DNA from: an uncultured Clostridia bacterium
Lineage (GTDB): Bacteria; Bacillota; Clostridia; TANB77; CAG-508
Direction of reading: 5' to 3'
Assembly (NCBI GenBank): GCA_944386775.1
Contig: CALXCJ010000002.1
Coordinates: forward strand, 221 to 64,220
DNA: 64,000 nt
Part shown: positions 27,065 through 37,585 of the stretch, one piece after another
Position numbering within the stretch: position 1 is the first letter of the stretch
How the letters are laid out: every line of letters begins with the position of its first letter
Notes under the pieces: generated by a model
What the model saw: only the letters and a program-made list of their open reading frames with translations
The model's database searches: none
Told to the model about the DNA's origin: nothing
Translations under genes and position numbers: made by a program

Positions 27065-28366
27065 TTAATCTATACAAAATGTAGCATATAAAGGAATGGA
27101 TTTTATATTATTAGAAAATCCGAAATTTTTTGTAGAAATTCTTATTGCATATTTAGGCTGATATCTTTTTATATAAACATTTAAACTCTGACTTCCAACA
27201 TTATCATTTGCCTTTACTTCAATTGGTATAATTCCATCATTATTATATAAGATGAAATCAACTTCAGCTTGATTTCCAGACTCCCAATACATTAATGGAA
27301 TATTTTTTGCTACCAATTGTGTAGCAACGTAATTTTCAGCAATTATTCCTTTATATTGTAAAAGATTATCTAATATAATATCATTATATTTTACTTGTAA
27401 CATGCTTACTAAAATTCCAACATCACTTAGATACAATTTAAAATGGTCATCAATAATAAAACCTAATGGTGGAATTTCTGGTTTCTTTAATATAGAACAT
27501 TTATGAATCATTGTGCTTGAAAGTAGCCAGTTCAATGCTGTTTCATAATCTCTTTTTCGTGCATTTGAGGATATTTTCCCATATTGAAATTTATTACTCA
27601 TATTTCCTAATTGCGAAGGAATAGATTTGTATATTGTTTCTATCTTGCTGGCTTCAAATTTATTTGAAACATATTTGTTCATATCATTTAGATAAGATTG
27701 ATAAATATCTTCAATAATAGTTTTATCAAATTTCAATATATCTTTTTCATTAGCAATTATATCTTTTACTGCTTCTGGCATTCCTCCAACACATAAATAT
27801 AGTCTGTATAAATTTAGTGCTTTTTCATGCAATACCGAATCCATAGGTGTACTTTTTATATAACATTTTTTAATTTCGTCAACGAGAGATTCACTACCAT
27901 TTGCAATCAAAAATTCTTCAAAATCCATAGGATACATATTTAACATTTTAACTTTTCCTACTGGAAATGATGAATGCATCCTTTTTAATTTTACGCCTAG
28001 CAAACTGCCGGCACATATTATTTTAAAAGGTTTTTGGCTTTCATTAAAGTATTTTAATGCACTTATTATTTCTTCACTTTCTTGAACCTCATCGAAAAAT
28101 ATTATAGTGTTTTCCAAATCAATGTCTTTATCCAAATAAATTTTCATTCTATTAAATTTTTCAGCTGTATTAATTTCTTCCTTAAATATTTTTATAATCT
28201 CAGTTTGCTCTAATAGATTTATATAAATATATTCTTTAAATTCTTTCTTGCAAAATTCGTCTATAATATATGTTTTGCCAATCTGTCTTGCTCCTATTAT
28301 CATTAATGGTTTTTCAATACTAGAATTTTTCCAATTTAATAACTCTTGATAAATTTTTCTATACAT
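27065..28366 (-). CDS. AAA+ ATPase, COG1373/DUF4143 type (paralog)
   Basis: Walker A GARQIGKT and Walker B IFFDEVQ. Start set at ATG 28366, 7 nt after GGAGGTGA. Confidence 0.75.
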   Translation of the reverse strand: MYRKIYQELLNWKNSSIEKPLMIIGARQIGKTYIIDEFCKKEFKEYIYINLLEQTEIIKIFKEEINTAEKFNRMKIYLDKDIDLENTIIFFDEVQESEEIISALKYFNESQKPFKIICAGSLLGVKLKRMHSSFPVGKVKMLNMYPMDFEEFLIANGSESLVDEIKKCYIKSTPMDSVLHEKALNLYRLYLCVGGMPEAVKDIIANEKDILKFDKTIIEDIYQSYLNDMNKYVSNKFEASKIETIYKSIPSQLGNMSNKFQYGKISSNARKRDYETALNWLLSSTMIHKCSILKKPEIPPLGFIIDDHFKLYLSDVGILVSMLQVKYNDIILDNLLQYKGIIAENYVATQLVAKNIPLMYWESGNQAEVDFILYNNDGIIPIEVKANDNVGSQSLNVYIKRYQPKYAIRISTKNFGFSNNIKSIPLYATFCID

Positions 28367-28504
28367 AAGCTCACCTCCATTGTTATTATACAATATATTA
28401 TTACACAAGTCAATTGAATTTCACGTTTCTTACACCACATATTATGCGTTGTTTCACGTTTTTTACACTATATAAATCACTCATTTGAATAGTCATTTGA
28501 AACA

Positions 28505-29521
28505 TTAAAAATTTGTATAACTATTCTTTGGAAAAATTACTCTCACTTCTGTTCCTTTTCCTTTTTCTGAATTTAATTCTATCCCTAATCCTAGTTTATC
28601 ACACAATTTTTTACACAAATACAATCCAATACCAGTTGACTTTTGACCTATAATCCTTCCATTTTCTCCAGTAAAGCCTCTTTCAAAAACTCTTGTTATT
28701 TCTCCTGCTTTTATTCCTATTCCATTATCTTTAATATATAAAATTACCTTATCATTTTTTTCATTTGAAGAAATTTCTATTTTTTTATCATCTTTTTTTG
28801 AGTATTTAATTGCATTTTGTATAATTTGATTTATTATAAATATTGCCCATTTACTATCTGTGTATACTTCTTCTGGTTTTAGATTTGTTAATTCTATTGA
28901 TATTTTTTCATTTAGTAATGTTGTTTTATTTTTCAATATGCTACTCGCTACTATTTCTTTTAGGTTTGTTTTATTTATTATATAATCTTTTTCTACTGCA
29001 TTACTTCTAGCATAAAATAAGGCTTGCTCTGTATAGTTTTCTACTTTATCTAATTCTTCATCTATACTTTTTGTTATTTCGTTTTTATTATTTTCTATAA
29101 TCAATTTACTAGCTGCAATGGGTATTTTTACCTCGTGAATCCATAATTCTATATATTCTTTATATTCTTCTTGAATATTTTTATAGTAATTAACATTCTC
29201 AAGCATTGATTTTCCTGTGTCTTGCAGTATTTCTTTTAATATTTTACCTTCTATAAAACTTGGAGTTTTTACTATTTCTGATATTAAATATTTTTCTTTT
29301 AAATCTTCCATATTTTTTATTAGTTGGTCATAATAATTTTTTTTCCTTTTATATTCAATTAATATTGAAATTATAACAATAAAAATAACTATAAATGCAC
29401 AATACAATCTTATTAATATACTAATATTATAAGCAAGTAATAAAATTTCTACACTTGAAATAGCTAGTATTGTTCCTATAATTAATATCATTTTTTCTTT
29501 TATAAACTCTTTAAATTTCAT
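28505..29521 (-). CDS. Sensor histidine kinase, intramembrane-sensing type
   Basis: Two N-terminal TM helices with almost no external loop. H-box ELWIHEVKIPIAA, N-box NAIKYS, G-boxes DNGIGI and GIGLYLCKKL. Confidence 0.85.
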   Translation of the reverse strand: MKFKEFIKEKMILIIGTILAISSVEILLLAYNISILIRLYCAFIVIFIVIISILIEYKRKKNYYDQLIKNMEDLKEKYLISEIVKTPSFIEGKILKEILQDTGKSMLENVNYYKNIQEEYKEYIELWIHEVKIPIAASKLIIENNKNEITKSIDEELDKVENYTEQALFYARSNAVEKDYIINKTNLKEIVASSILKNKTTLLNEKISIELTNLKPEEVYTDSKWAIFIINQIIQNAIKYSKKDDKKIEISSNEKNDKVILYIKDNGIGIKAGEITRVFERGFTGENGRIIGQKSTGIGLYLCKKLCDKLGLGIELNSEKGKGTEVRVIFPKNSYTNF

Positions 29522-30189
29522 TTTAACAAATACCCTTGTCCTCTCCTAGTTTCAATTCTATCTACAAGCCCTAGTTCTTCTAATTTATCTCTTAATCTTT
29601 TTATATTTACACTTAATGTATTATCATCAATAAATTCTTCGCTTTCCCATAAATAGTCCATTATTTCATCTCTTGATACTATTTTTTCTTTATTTTTTGC
29701 TAGATAATATAAAATAGAGTATTCGTTTTTAGTTAATTCTAGTTTTTTATCATCCTTTTCAATTACTCTTTCTGCTATATTTAAAGAAAAACCATTACAA
29801 TCTATTTTTTGTATTTCTTTTTCACTACTTTTGTTTCTTTTTAGTAAACCAATTATTTTGGCAAGTAATATTTGGATGTTATATGGCTTTGTTACATATT
29901 GGTCTGCTCCGTAATTTAAACTCATCAGTTCATCTATTTCATTATCTCTGCTTGTTACCATTATTATTGGTACATTAGATGTTTTTCTTATTTCTTTACA
30001 TACAAACTCACCATCTGTATATGGTAAGTTAATATCTAATAATACTAAATCTGCATTTTCAGATAATATGTCTTGAATTGTATTATCAAATTTTTCTAAA
30101 CCTTTTGCTAAGACTCCGTGTTTTCTTAAAAATTCTTCTAATTCTTTTCTTATTTTTTTATCATCTTCTACGATTAATATTTTTTGCAT
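29518..30189 (-). CDS. OmpR-family response regulator
   Basis: Receiver domain MQKILIVEDD...LLDINLP and winged-helix C-terminus RRGQGYLLK. Start moved to ATG 30189. There is a 4-nt overlap with the kinase gene. Confidence 0.85.
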   Translation of the reverse strand: MQKILIVEDDKKIRKELEEFLRKHGVLAKGLEKFDNTIQDILSENADLVLLDINLPYTDGEFVCKEIRKTSNVPIIMVTSRDNEIDELMSLNYGADQYVTKPYNIQILLAKIIGLLKRNKSSEKEIQKIDCNGFSLNIAERVIEKDDKKLELTKNEYSILYYLAKNKEKIVSRDEIMDYLWESEEFIDDNTLSVNIKRLRDKLEELGLVDRIETRRGQGYLLK

Positions 30190-30251
30190 ACTGCTAACCC
30201 CCAGAATTATTATAACATGATTTTTATATTTTAAAATGACATTTTTGTAAG

Positions 30252-30289
30252 AAAAAACACATCTCCTGGTCAAAACAGATGTGTTTTTT
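30252..30289 (-). terminator. Terminator after the glycosyltransferase gene
   Basis: CACATCT (30258-30264) pairs with AGATGTG (30277-30283), flanked by A and T runs. The minus strand has TTTTTTCTT after the stem. Confidence 0.6.
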
Positions 30290-30356
30290 ATTTGCTATTT
30301 TTGTTTATAAATTACTACTAATGAAATAATTAAGGCAAATGTAATGATAGTTACTC

Positions 30357-31439
30357 CTATTCAGAAATTTTACAAACAAAATCCACCAAATCTTTTGCTG
30401 AATTTTTATTTATAAATTTAGACTGATTTTCTACCATCATATTTTGCATATCTTTATTTTCTAATAATTTAGCAGTATTTGCTATTACTTCTTCTATACT
30501 ATTTGATACTAAACTAAGACCATTTTTTTCGAAAAACTTCGCATTATAGTTTTCAACACCAGGTATTGGCATTATATGAATCATTGGTTTTCTTATAACT
30601 CCAACTTCTGTACTTGTAAGCCCTCCAGGTTTTGTTAAAACAATTGTACTTGCAGAAATATATTCATTTATATTATTTACATATCCTTTAACTATAAGTT
30701 TAGAGTTATCTATTTTTTTTAGTTCAGAATATAATTCTTTATTATTCCCACAAAGTGCTATGACATAAACATTTGGAATCTTTTCTAATATAGATTTTGT
30801 AATATCTTTCATTTTTCCAAATCCCATACTACCAGATGTAATTAATATAGTTTCTTTATCTGCCAGCATATAAATATCATTTTTTATTTTACTAAATGAA
30901 CTTGAAACAGATATTCCAAAAGCTTGTAAAATTTCTTCTTTAAAACCTTTTTTTATGAACTCATCTTTTAATGTAATATGTGGTATAACAAAATAATCTG
31001 GTTTTGTTTCTTCCCAAAATGGTATTGCATGATAATCTGTTGCAACATTAATAAGTTTTATATCTTTTCCTTCTTCTTTTAATGTAGTTACTGCCATTGC
31101 TGGAAATAAATGAGTACTAATAACTAAATCATAATCATTTTCTTTGATGTATGAGTATAGCTTGTCTTTTCCTAATTTGTTTAGAGTATATACAGGACTT
31201 GTAATTCCTGTTTTGCTATATGCTTCTCCTAATTTATATGCAAGTTTAAATATATTTCCATTTCCTTTTGTTGTTCCTAAATATATTTTTTCAGATCTTT
31301 TTTTGGCATTAGAACCTAAAATATCAAAATAGTCTGCAAAATCACAAGTAATATTATTTTCTTTAAATTCTTTTTCTATATAATGTCCACAAGCATTGTG
31401 GCCTCCTCCTGTGCTACAGGATAATACTAAAATTTTCAT
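30357..31439 (-). CDS. Diacylglycerol glycosyltransferase (MGDG-synthase/UgtP-like, GT28)
   Basis: N-terminus MKILVLSCSTGGGHNACGHYI and the C-terminal LTKPGGLTSTE motif are typical of the family. Confidence 0.7.
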   Translation of the reverse strand: MKILVLSCSTGGGHNACGHYIEKEFKENNITCDFADYFDILGSNAKKRSEKIYLGTTKGNGNIFKLAYKLGEAYSKTGITSPVYTLNKLGKDKLYSYIKENDYDLVISTHLFPAMAVTTLKEEGKDIKLINVATDYHAIPFWEETKPDYFVIPHITLKDEFIKKGFKEEILQAFGISVSSSFSKIKNDIYMLADKETILITSGSMGFGKMKDITKSILEKIPNVYVIALCGNNKELYSELKKIDNSKLIVKGYVNNINEYISASTIVLTKPGGLTSTEVGVIRKPMIHIMPIPGVENYNAKFFEKNGLSLVSNSIEEVIANTAKLLENKDMQNMMVENQSKFINKNSAKDLVDFVCKISE

Positions 31440-31550
31440 ATTTCACTTCCATTTATTATTAAATATATTTTACTTCTAATTACTGTTAAACTTATTTTGC
31501 TTTTAATTATTGTTAAACATATCTTATTATTAATTATTATTAAATATTTT

Positions 31551-32171
31551 TCACTTCCAATTATTATTAAACATATTTTTCAAATATTTACTATTAAATG
31601 TATTATCTAAAAACCTTTCATACCTACTACTTGGTGGGATTCCCATGTCGGCTTTGCGGGCTCTACCTACAGCAATTGTGGTTAATGCTATATCAAAAAT
31701 CAAAAATATAGATAAACAAATTGCAATAGTTTTAGATTTCTTTTCATCTAATTTATTAAGTTTTTCTTCTATTTTTGGGTATAAAATTTTTATCCATAAA
31801 ATTCCTAAAGCTCCCCAAAATAGAGAAAATAGGAAACAAATTCGACCATTAATATTTAAAAATCTATTAGAATAGTCCCATGCAGTAAAACCTAAAACTA
31901 ATTCCATCCCCCAGCTCATAATATATTCTAAAATTGAACCACCAACAAAACTTAGGCAAAATATTTTTAAATATGAATCATCTTTAAATTTGTATAATAA
32001 TACTGTAAGAATGACTGCACAAATACCATATGCAAAATTGAATGGTCCAATTACTACTGCTGAATGATTAATAACTACTCCTTTTGTTACAAGTGTCCAA
32101 ATTAATTCAATAAAATATCCACATATACTTGCTATTACAAAAATATAAAATAAATTGTAAAATTTTTTCAT
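31551..32171 (-). CDS. Polytopic membrane protein, DUF1113 / putative ABC-transporter type IV family
   Basis: 206 aa. The pattern FVIASICGYFIELIWTLV...IGPFNFAYG matches the family N-terminus. Confidence 0.5.
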   Translation of the reverse strand: MKKFYNLFYIFVIASICGYFIELIWTLVTKGVVINHSAVVIGPFNFAYGICAVILTVLLYKFKDDSYLKIFCLSFVGGSILEYIMSWGMELVLGFTAWDYSNRFLNINGRICFLFSLFWGALGILWIKILYPKIEEKLNKLDEKKSKTIAICLSIFLIFDIALTTIAVGRARKADMGIPPSSRYERFLDNTFNSKYLKNMFNNNWK

Positions 32172-32231
32172 TTTTTTCTCCCTATATTACTACTAATAAA
32201 ATCTTTTTTTATTTTATAATTGTTACTAAAC

Positions 32232-35200
32232 TTACTCACTTCTTAAAGCCAATACTGGGTCTTCTTTTGCAGCTTTTCTAGAAGGAATAATTCCTCCAAT
32301 TAGTGTTAAAACTGTACTTAATACAATTAAAATTATTCCTGCAACAGTTGGAAGTACCGCTTTTACATTTACTCCATTTGAAAGTGAAGCAATAATGTGG
32401 TTTATAGGAATTAATAAAATCAGTGTAATACCTATTCCAATTAGTCCTGCAAGTGTTCCAATAATAATTGTTTCTGCATTAAATACTTGTGCTACATTAT
32501 GTTTAGAAGCTCCCATTGCTCTTAAAATTCCAATTTCTTTTTTACGTTCTAATACACTAATATATGTAATAACACCAATCATAATTGAAGAGACAACTAA
32601 AGATATAGCAACAAATGCAATTAATACATAACTAATTGTGTCAACAATTGTTGTTACAGAACTCATTAAAGTTCCGACCATATCTGTGTATGAAATTACT
32701 TTATCCTCATTTCCTTCTTCTTGCATACGTGTATTATATTCATTTAATAAATTAGTAATTGCTTGATTTCCTTCAAAATCTTTTGGATATATATTAATAC
32801 CACTTGGCTCTTCAATATTTGCATAATTCAATTTTTTTAGATTACTTTCATAAGTAACAGTTTCTCTGGACATAAGTGTTTGGAATAATTCTGCAAGTTC
32901 TTCTTGATTCATTTTCATATGGAATGCACCTATAAAAGCTTTTTCATCTATACTAATTGCACCTGTAATTGATTTACTTAAAGCTTGCACACTCTTTTGC
33001 ATTTCCTTTTGCAGACTTTTACTAATTGAATTTATAGCTGTTTGCATATATTTTTCCATAATATTTGATATTTGTTTATCTATGTTTTGAGATTTTATTA
33101 TCTCAGAGAGATTATTTGTGATTATGGTTTTAACTTCACTTGAGTTTAGATATTCTATAATATATTTATTTAAATCTTCTATACTTATAAGTTCATTATC
33201 TTCTACATATTTTTCATAGCCTTTTATAATTTCTTGCATGATATTTTGCATTTGTTCTTGTGTGATACTTATACTTCCATTTTCTTTGATAATTTCTTGG
33301 ATTTTTTCACTAAGTAATTTGCTTGCTTCTTCTGATTTTAGGTAATCTGATAGTTGTTTTGCTATTTTATTAATATCAGCTTCAGGATTTTTTTGTATAT
33401 ATGATTCAAAACCTGCTAAAATATCATCCATTAGTTTTTCTATATCATCACTTGATAAAGAAAAATTTATGCTATTTAAAACATCATTTATATCAAGAGC
33501 TGGTATTGAATTTTTAGTAAGTATATTATTTAAATTTCCAAAATCAACTTTTATTTTTGATTGGTCTATTTTAAATGCTGATTTTATTGCATTTGTATCT
33601 ACTTCAATTAAAGAGTTTAGGTCAAAAGCATTTTCTTCGTTTACTGCATCAAATCTTTTTCCTGTAAATACATTAACTTCTGGGTTTGCAAGTTGCTCTT
33701 TTAGTATTTTGCTGTTTTTTGCATTTTCTATTATATGGTTTGTTAGCGAGGCTTTGTAATATATTCCTGATGTTAGCATAGCACTTGCTCCTGCTTCTTT
33801 TGGCTGAACTATTCCAACAATTTTTAATTCTTCTCCATTTGCTACAACATTTTTCATATATTCTGTATTTTCAGTTTTATCTCGCCATATTTTATATTCT
33901 TCATCATATTCATAACAATCACTACTATTAATTAGTTTAAAAGTAGTTCCTAAAATATCTTCATATGAATATGAACCTAAATTATTTGGTGTATCTACTT
34001 CTTCTCCATTTGAAAATTGAGTAACTAATTGGTCTAGCTCGCTATAGTCTCTAAGCCCTAGGGTATATAACAAAAAGTCACTAATATTTCCTTTTGATGT
34101 TAAAACTAATACACATTCATTATAATTTGTAGGCCATTTTCCTGCTTTTACATCATATTGGTTTTCATATAGGCTTGCATCTTGTGGCATTTGGTAAAAT
34201 ACATTTGTACTCATCATAGTACTCATCATACTATTTGATGATTCTCCTTGACCTATTCCTAGTTTAGAAAAAGTTGTATCTGGGTTTAGCTGTCTTAGGT
34301 TTTCTGTGTCTTGATTATAAATTATAGGTGTAACATTATATGTATATTCTATATCTTTTGCATATTCATTTATAGGACAAGTGTCACTTTCTAAATACTG
34401 TTTTAAAGATGCTAAGTCATTTGAACCTATTGTTGAAAACATATTTGTTAAAGTTTTACTAACATTTACATCTCCTTTTTGCTCAAGACTTGTATCACTT
34501 CCAGACCCCATCAGCAATGAAGTTAAATCAATTCCCGAGCTTTGTATTTGCAAAGGATATTCTGATAGAGTATCTTCTTCAACTGATCTAATATAGTTAT
34601 TTACACCATTTGATAATGATAATATTAATGCTATTCCAATAATACCAATTGAACCTGCAAAAGAGGTTAAAATTGTTCTTCCTTTTTTGGTTTTTAAATT
34701 ATTAAAACTAAGAGATAAAGAAGTTAAAAAAGACATTGTTGTTTTCCCTAAGTTTTTATGTTCTAGCTTTTCTTGCTCCTCATTTTCTACTATATATGGG
34801 TCTGTATCAGAAAGTATTTTTCCATCTCTTAAATTCACAATACGTGTTGCATAATTTTCTGCAAGTTCTGGGTTATGTGTTACCATTACTACTAAACGGT
34901 CTTTTGCAACTTCCTTTAATAGTTCCATAACCTGAATGCTTGTGTCTGTATCTAAAGCACCTGTTGGTTCATCTGCAAGTACAATATCTGGATTGTTTAC
35001 TAAAGCTCTTGCAATTGCCACCCTTTGCATTTGCCCACCAGATAATTGATTTGGTTTTTTGTGAATTTGGTCTGCAAGACCTACTTGTTTAAGTGCTTCT
35101 ATTGCTTTTTGTTTGCGTTTAGCTCTTGATACTCCAGAAATTGTAAGAGCAAGCTCAACATTTGCAAGTATTGTTTGATGTGGTATTAGGTTATAACTCT

Positions 35201-35468
35201 GGAATACAAAGCCAATTGTATGGTTACGGTAAGAATCCCAGTCTCTATCTTTATATTTTTTGGTAGAAATTCCGTTAATTATTAGGTCTCCACTATCATA
35301 ACGGTCTAGACCTCCAATAATGTTTAGAAGTGTTGTTTTTCCAGATCCACTTGGTCCAAGAATTGCAACAAATTCGTTTTTTCTTAAGTTTAGGCTTACA
35401 TTGTCTAGGGCTTTTTGGATCAAATTGCCTGTTTTATATTCTTTATGGATATTTTTTATTTGTAACAT
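32232..35468 (-). CDS. Fused ABC ATPase / FtsX-MacB-type permease with a very large extracytoplasmic domain
   Basis: MacB-like ATPase (GPSGSGKTT, LSGGQMQRVAIARA, VLADEPTGALD) followed by TM1, about 600 aa, and a C-terminal FtsX three-TM bundle. Start set at ATG 35468, 7 nt after AGGAG. Confidence 0.85.
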   Translation of the reverse strand: MLQIKNIHKEYKTGNLIQKALDNVSLNLRKNEFVAILGPSGSGKTTLLNIIGGLDRYDSGDLIINGISTKKYKDRDWDSYRNHTIGFVFQSYNLIPHQTILANVELALTISGVSRAKRKQKAIEALKQVGLADQIHKKPNQLSGGQMQRVAIARALVNNPDIVLADEPTGALDTDTSIQVMELLKEVAKDRLVVMVTHNPELAENYATRIVNLRDGKILSDTDPYIVENEEQEKLEHKNLGKTTMSFLTSLSLSFNNLKTKKGRTILTSFAGSIGIIGIALILSLSNGVNNYIRSVEEDTLSEYPLQIQSSGIDLTSLLMGSGSDTSLEQKGDVNVSKTLTNMFSTIGSNDLASLKQYLESDTCPINEYAKDIEYTYNVTPIIYNQDTENLRQLNPDTTFSKLGIGQGESSNSMMSTMMSTNVFYQMPQDASLYENQYDVKAGKWPTNYNECVLVLTSKGNISDFLLYTLGLRDYSELDQLVTQFSNGEEVDTPNNLGSYSYEDILGTTFKLINSSDCYEYDEEYKIWRDKTENTEYMKNVVANGEELKIVGIVQPKEAGASAMLTSGIYYKASLTNHIIENAKNSKILKEQLANPEVNVFTGKRFDAVNEENAFDLNSLIEVDTNAIKSAFKIDQSKIKVDFGNLNNILTKNSIPALDINDVLNSINFSLSSDDIEKLMDDILAGFESYIQKNPEADINKIAKQLSDYLKSEEASKLLSEKIQEIIKENGSISITQEQMQNIMQEIIKGYEKYVEDNELISIEDLNKYIIEYLNSSEVKTIITNNLSEIIKSQNIDKQISNIMEKYMQTAINSISKSLQKEMQKSVQALSKSITGAISIDEKAFIGAFHMKMNQEELAELFQTLMSRETVTYESNLKKLNYANIEEPSGINIYPKDFEGNQAITNLLNEYNTRMQEEGNEDKVISYTDMVGTLMSSVTTIVDTISYVLIAFVAISLVVSSIMIGVITYISVLERKKEIGILRAMGASKHNVAQVFNAETIIIGTLAGLIGIGITLILLIPINHIIASLSNGVNVKAVLPTVAGIILIVLSTVLTLIGGIIPSRKAAKEDPVLALRSE

Positions 35469-35647
35469 TCGCACTCTCCTATATATAGTTTGAATTACTA
35501 ATTTTTTAGTTATGAAATTTTAACTTTTAAAGTATGTTTTAATATTAGCATAATTTGAAATGATAATCAATATAACAGTTAAAAGAAAATTATTCTATAA
35601 CATAATTATATAAAATAATTTTCTTTCTAAAATATCTAACCATAAAT

Positions 35648-36388
35648 TTATTCGTTTTGTGTTGTTATTTCTTGTGCTTTTTGCTGTAATCCTTCAACTA
35701 TGCTATTATATTCATCTAATTTTTCATAATCATAAAATAAAATTTGCCCATCATTACTTTCCCAGCTGTCTTGATTATCTAATAAATATTGGTATGCTCT
35801 TATAACTTCATCAAACCATTCAGTTAATCTATTTTTTTGTGATTGCATATCAATTTGAATATCTTTAAGCTCAGAAGATAGATCACTTATCATTATTTCT
35901 TTATACAAATCTGTATATTTTGTGCTTAGATTTTTTTCGTCTATTTTGCTTTCTATATAGCTTTCATCTGTCATTTCGACTAGTTTATTTATTTCATTTT
36001 CAAGATTTGTTTTTATTGTATTTATTTCTTGTATTTTTCCTTCTAATTCAGATTTTTCAGTTGTACCACTAAAATCTTCGACTTTTTTTGTTTCGTCTAG
36101 AATTGATTTAACTGTGTCTGAATATTCTTGCATATAATTTTTTATTGTTTCTTCTACTGTTGCATAATTTCCTGATGTTTTAATTTCAGTATTAAAATCA
36201 TCTTCACCAATGGTTTTATTTGTTAGATCTGCAACTTCTTGTATTAATGTAGTTTTTTGATTCATGTCAATTATTCTTGGAACTAGTATTAATGCTATAA
36301 TTGCAATAACAGCTATTATTAATATTATAATATATACTTTCTTTTTTCCTTTACTTTGGTTTATTTCATTAACTTTATTTTCTTTCAT
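35648..36388 (-). CDS. Membrane-anchored coiled-coil hypothetical protein
   Basis: 246 aa with an N-terminal TM (YIIILIIAVIAIIALILV) and a heptad-like acidic remainder. Confidence 0.5.
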   Translation of the reverse strand: MKENKVNEINQSKGKKKVYIIILIIAVIAIIALILVPRIIDMNQKTTLIQEVADLTNKTIGEDDFNTEIKTSGNYATVEETIKNYMQEYSDTVKSILDETKKVEDFSGTTEKSELEGKIQEINTIKTNLENEINKLVEMTDESYIESKIDEKNLSTKYTDLYKEIMISDLSSELKDIQIDMQSQKNRLTEWFDEVIRAYQYLLDNQDSWESNDGQILFYDYEKLDEYNSIVEGLQQKAQEITTQNE

Positions 36389-36414
36389 AACATATCCACC
36401 CTTTATTTTTATTT

Positions 36415-36837
36415 TTATACAACTGCAAATGTTAATTCTCCTTTTGCAGCTACCTTGCCATCTACAGTTGCTATTGCCTCTCCTATACCAATTGGACCTT
36501 TTCTTTTTATGATTTTTACTTCTAGTTTTAATGTATCTCCAGGAACTACTTGCTTTTTAAATCTTAATTTGTCAATTCCTCCAAATAGAGCATTTTTTCC
36601 TTTGTTTTCTTCCATTGAAAGTATTGCAACTGCTCCTGTTTGTGCTAATGATTCAACTATTAATACTCCTGGCATTATTGGGTTTCCTGGAAAGTGACCT
36701 TTGAAGTAATATTCTGTTTCTTTTACATCTTTATATGCTGTGCAACTTTGACCTGGTATATAGTCTTCTACTCTGTCAATCATTAAGAATGGGTCTCTTT
36801 GTGGAATTATTTTTTTTATTTCTTCTTTGTTTAACAT
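36415..36837 (-). CDS. fabZ: 3-hydroxyacyl-ACP dehydratase
   Basis: [21 protein letters not shown] hot-dog active-site motif. 140 aa. Confidence 0.9.
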   Translation of the reverse strand: MLNKEEIKKIIPQRDPFLMIDRVEDYIPGQSCTAYKDVKETEYYFKGHFPGNPIMPGVLIVESLAQTGAVAILSMEENKGKNALFGGIDKLRFKKQVVPGDTLKLEVKIIKRKGPIGIGEAIATVDGKVAAKGELTFAVV

Positions 36838-36872
36838 TTCTTTTCTCCTTTCTATTTTTTGTATAAAGCCTT

Positions 36873-36906
36873 TAAGGAATTTTAAGTTGATTCTTAAAAT
36901 TCCTTA
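36873..36906. other. Perfect 14-bp stem hairpin in the accB-fabZ spacer
   Basis: TAAGGAATTTTAAG, loop TTGATT, then CTTAAAATTCCTTA. No U-run follows on either strand. Confidence 0.6.
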
Positions 36907-36916
36907 GAGCTGTCTA

Positions 36917-37417
36917 TTATTTAAGTTTTATTAATGGTTTACCATATTCTACAACGTCTTCATTATTTACACATATTTCTACAACTTCACCATCATATTC
37001 TGATTCAATTTCATTCATTAATTTCATTGCTTCTACAATACATACTACTTGCCCTTTGTGTATTTTATCTCCTACTTTTACAAAAGGTGGTTTATTTGGT
37101 GCTGAACTTGCATAAAATGTTCCAACCATTGGTGATTTTATAATTTTTAGGTTTTCTTCTTTGTTTGCTTCTACCTTATTTTCGTTTGGTTCATTTTTTT
37201 CTACTTTTACTAAACTACTTTCTTGTTTTTCTTTTACTACAGGTACTGTCATAGGTGCAGATCCTTCAATAACATCTGCTTTACTTGCGATTATCACTTC
37301 TTTGTTTGTATTTTTTTTCATACTTATTTTTACGCCTTCTGGAAATTCTATTTCTAAAGAATCAAGTTTTGAGTTTCCCATATCATCCATTAACTTTTTT
37401 ATATCTTTGTAATCCAT
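36917..37417 (-). CDS. accB: Biotin carboxyl carrier protein
   Basis: Biotinyl-lysine motif EAMKLMNEI. 166 aa. Confidence 0.9.
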   Translation of the reverse strand: MDYKDIKKLMDDMGNSKLDSLEIEFPEGVKISMKKNTNKEVIIASKADVIEGSAPMTVPVVKEKQESSLVKVEKNEPNENKVEANKEENLKIIKSPMVGTFYASSAPNKPPFVKVGDKIHKGQVVCIVEAMKLMNEIESEYDGEVVEICVNNEDVVEYGKPLIKLK

Positions 37418-37585
37418 TGCTTTGCTCCTTTCAATACTTTGCTTTAGATAATTTGTTGTAAATAAGAAAAATATATAATTTTTTGATTACTACCATTTTT
37501 AATTCCTTATTTTTGTGTTTTTCACTTTTGCTTTCTTGTTTTTTATTTTTTATATTTTTCTTTTATAATAGTATAATATAAATTT

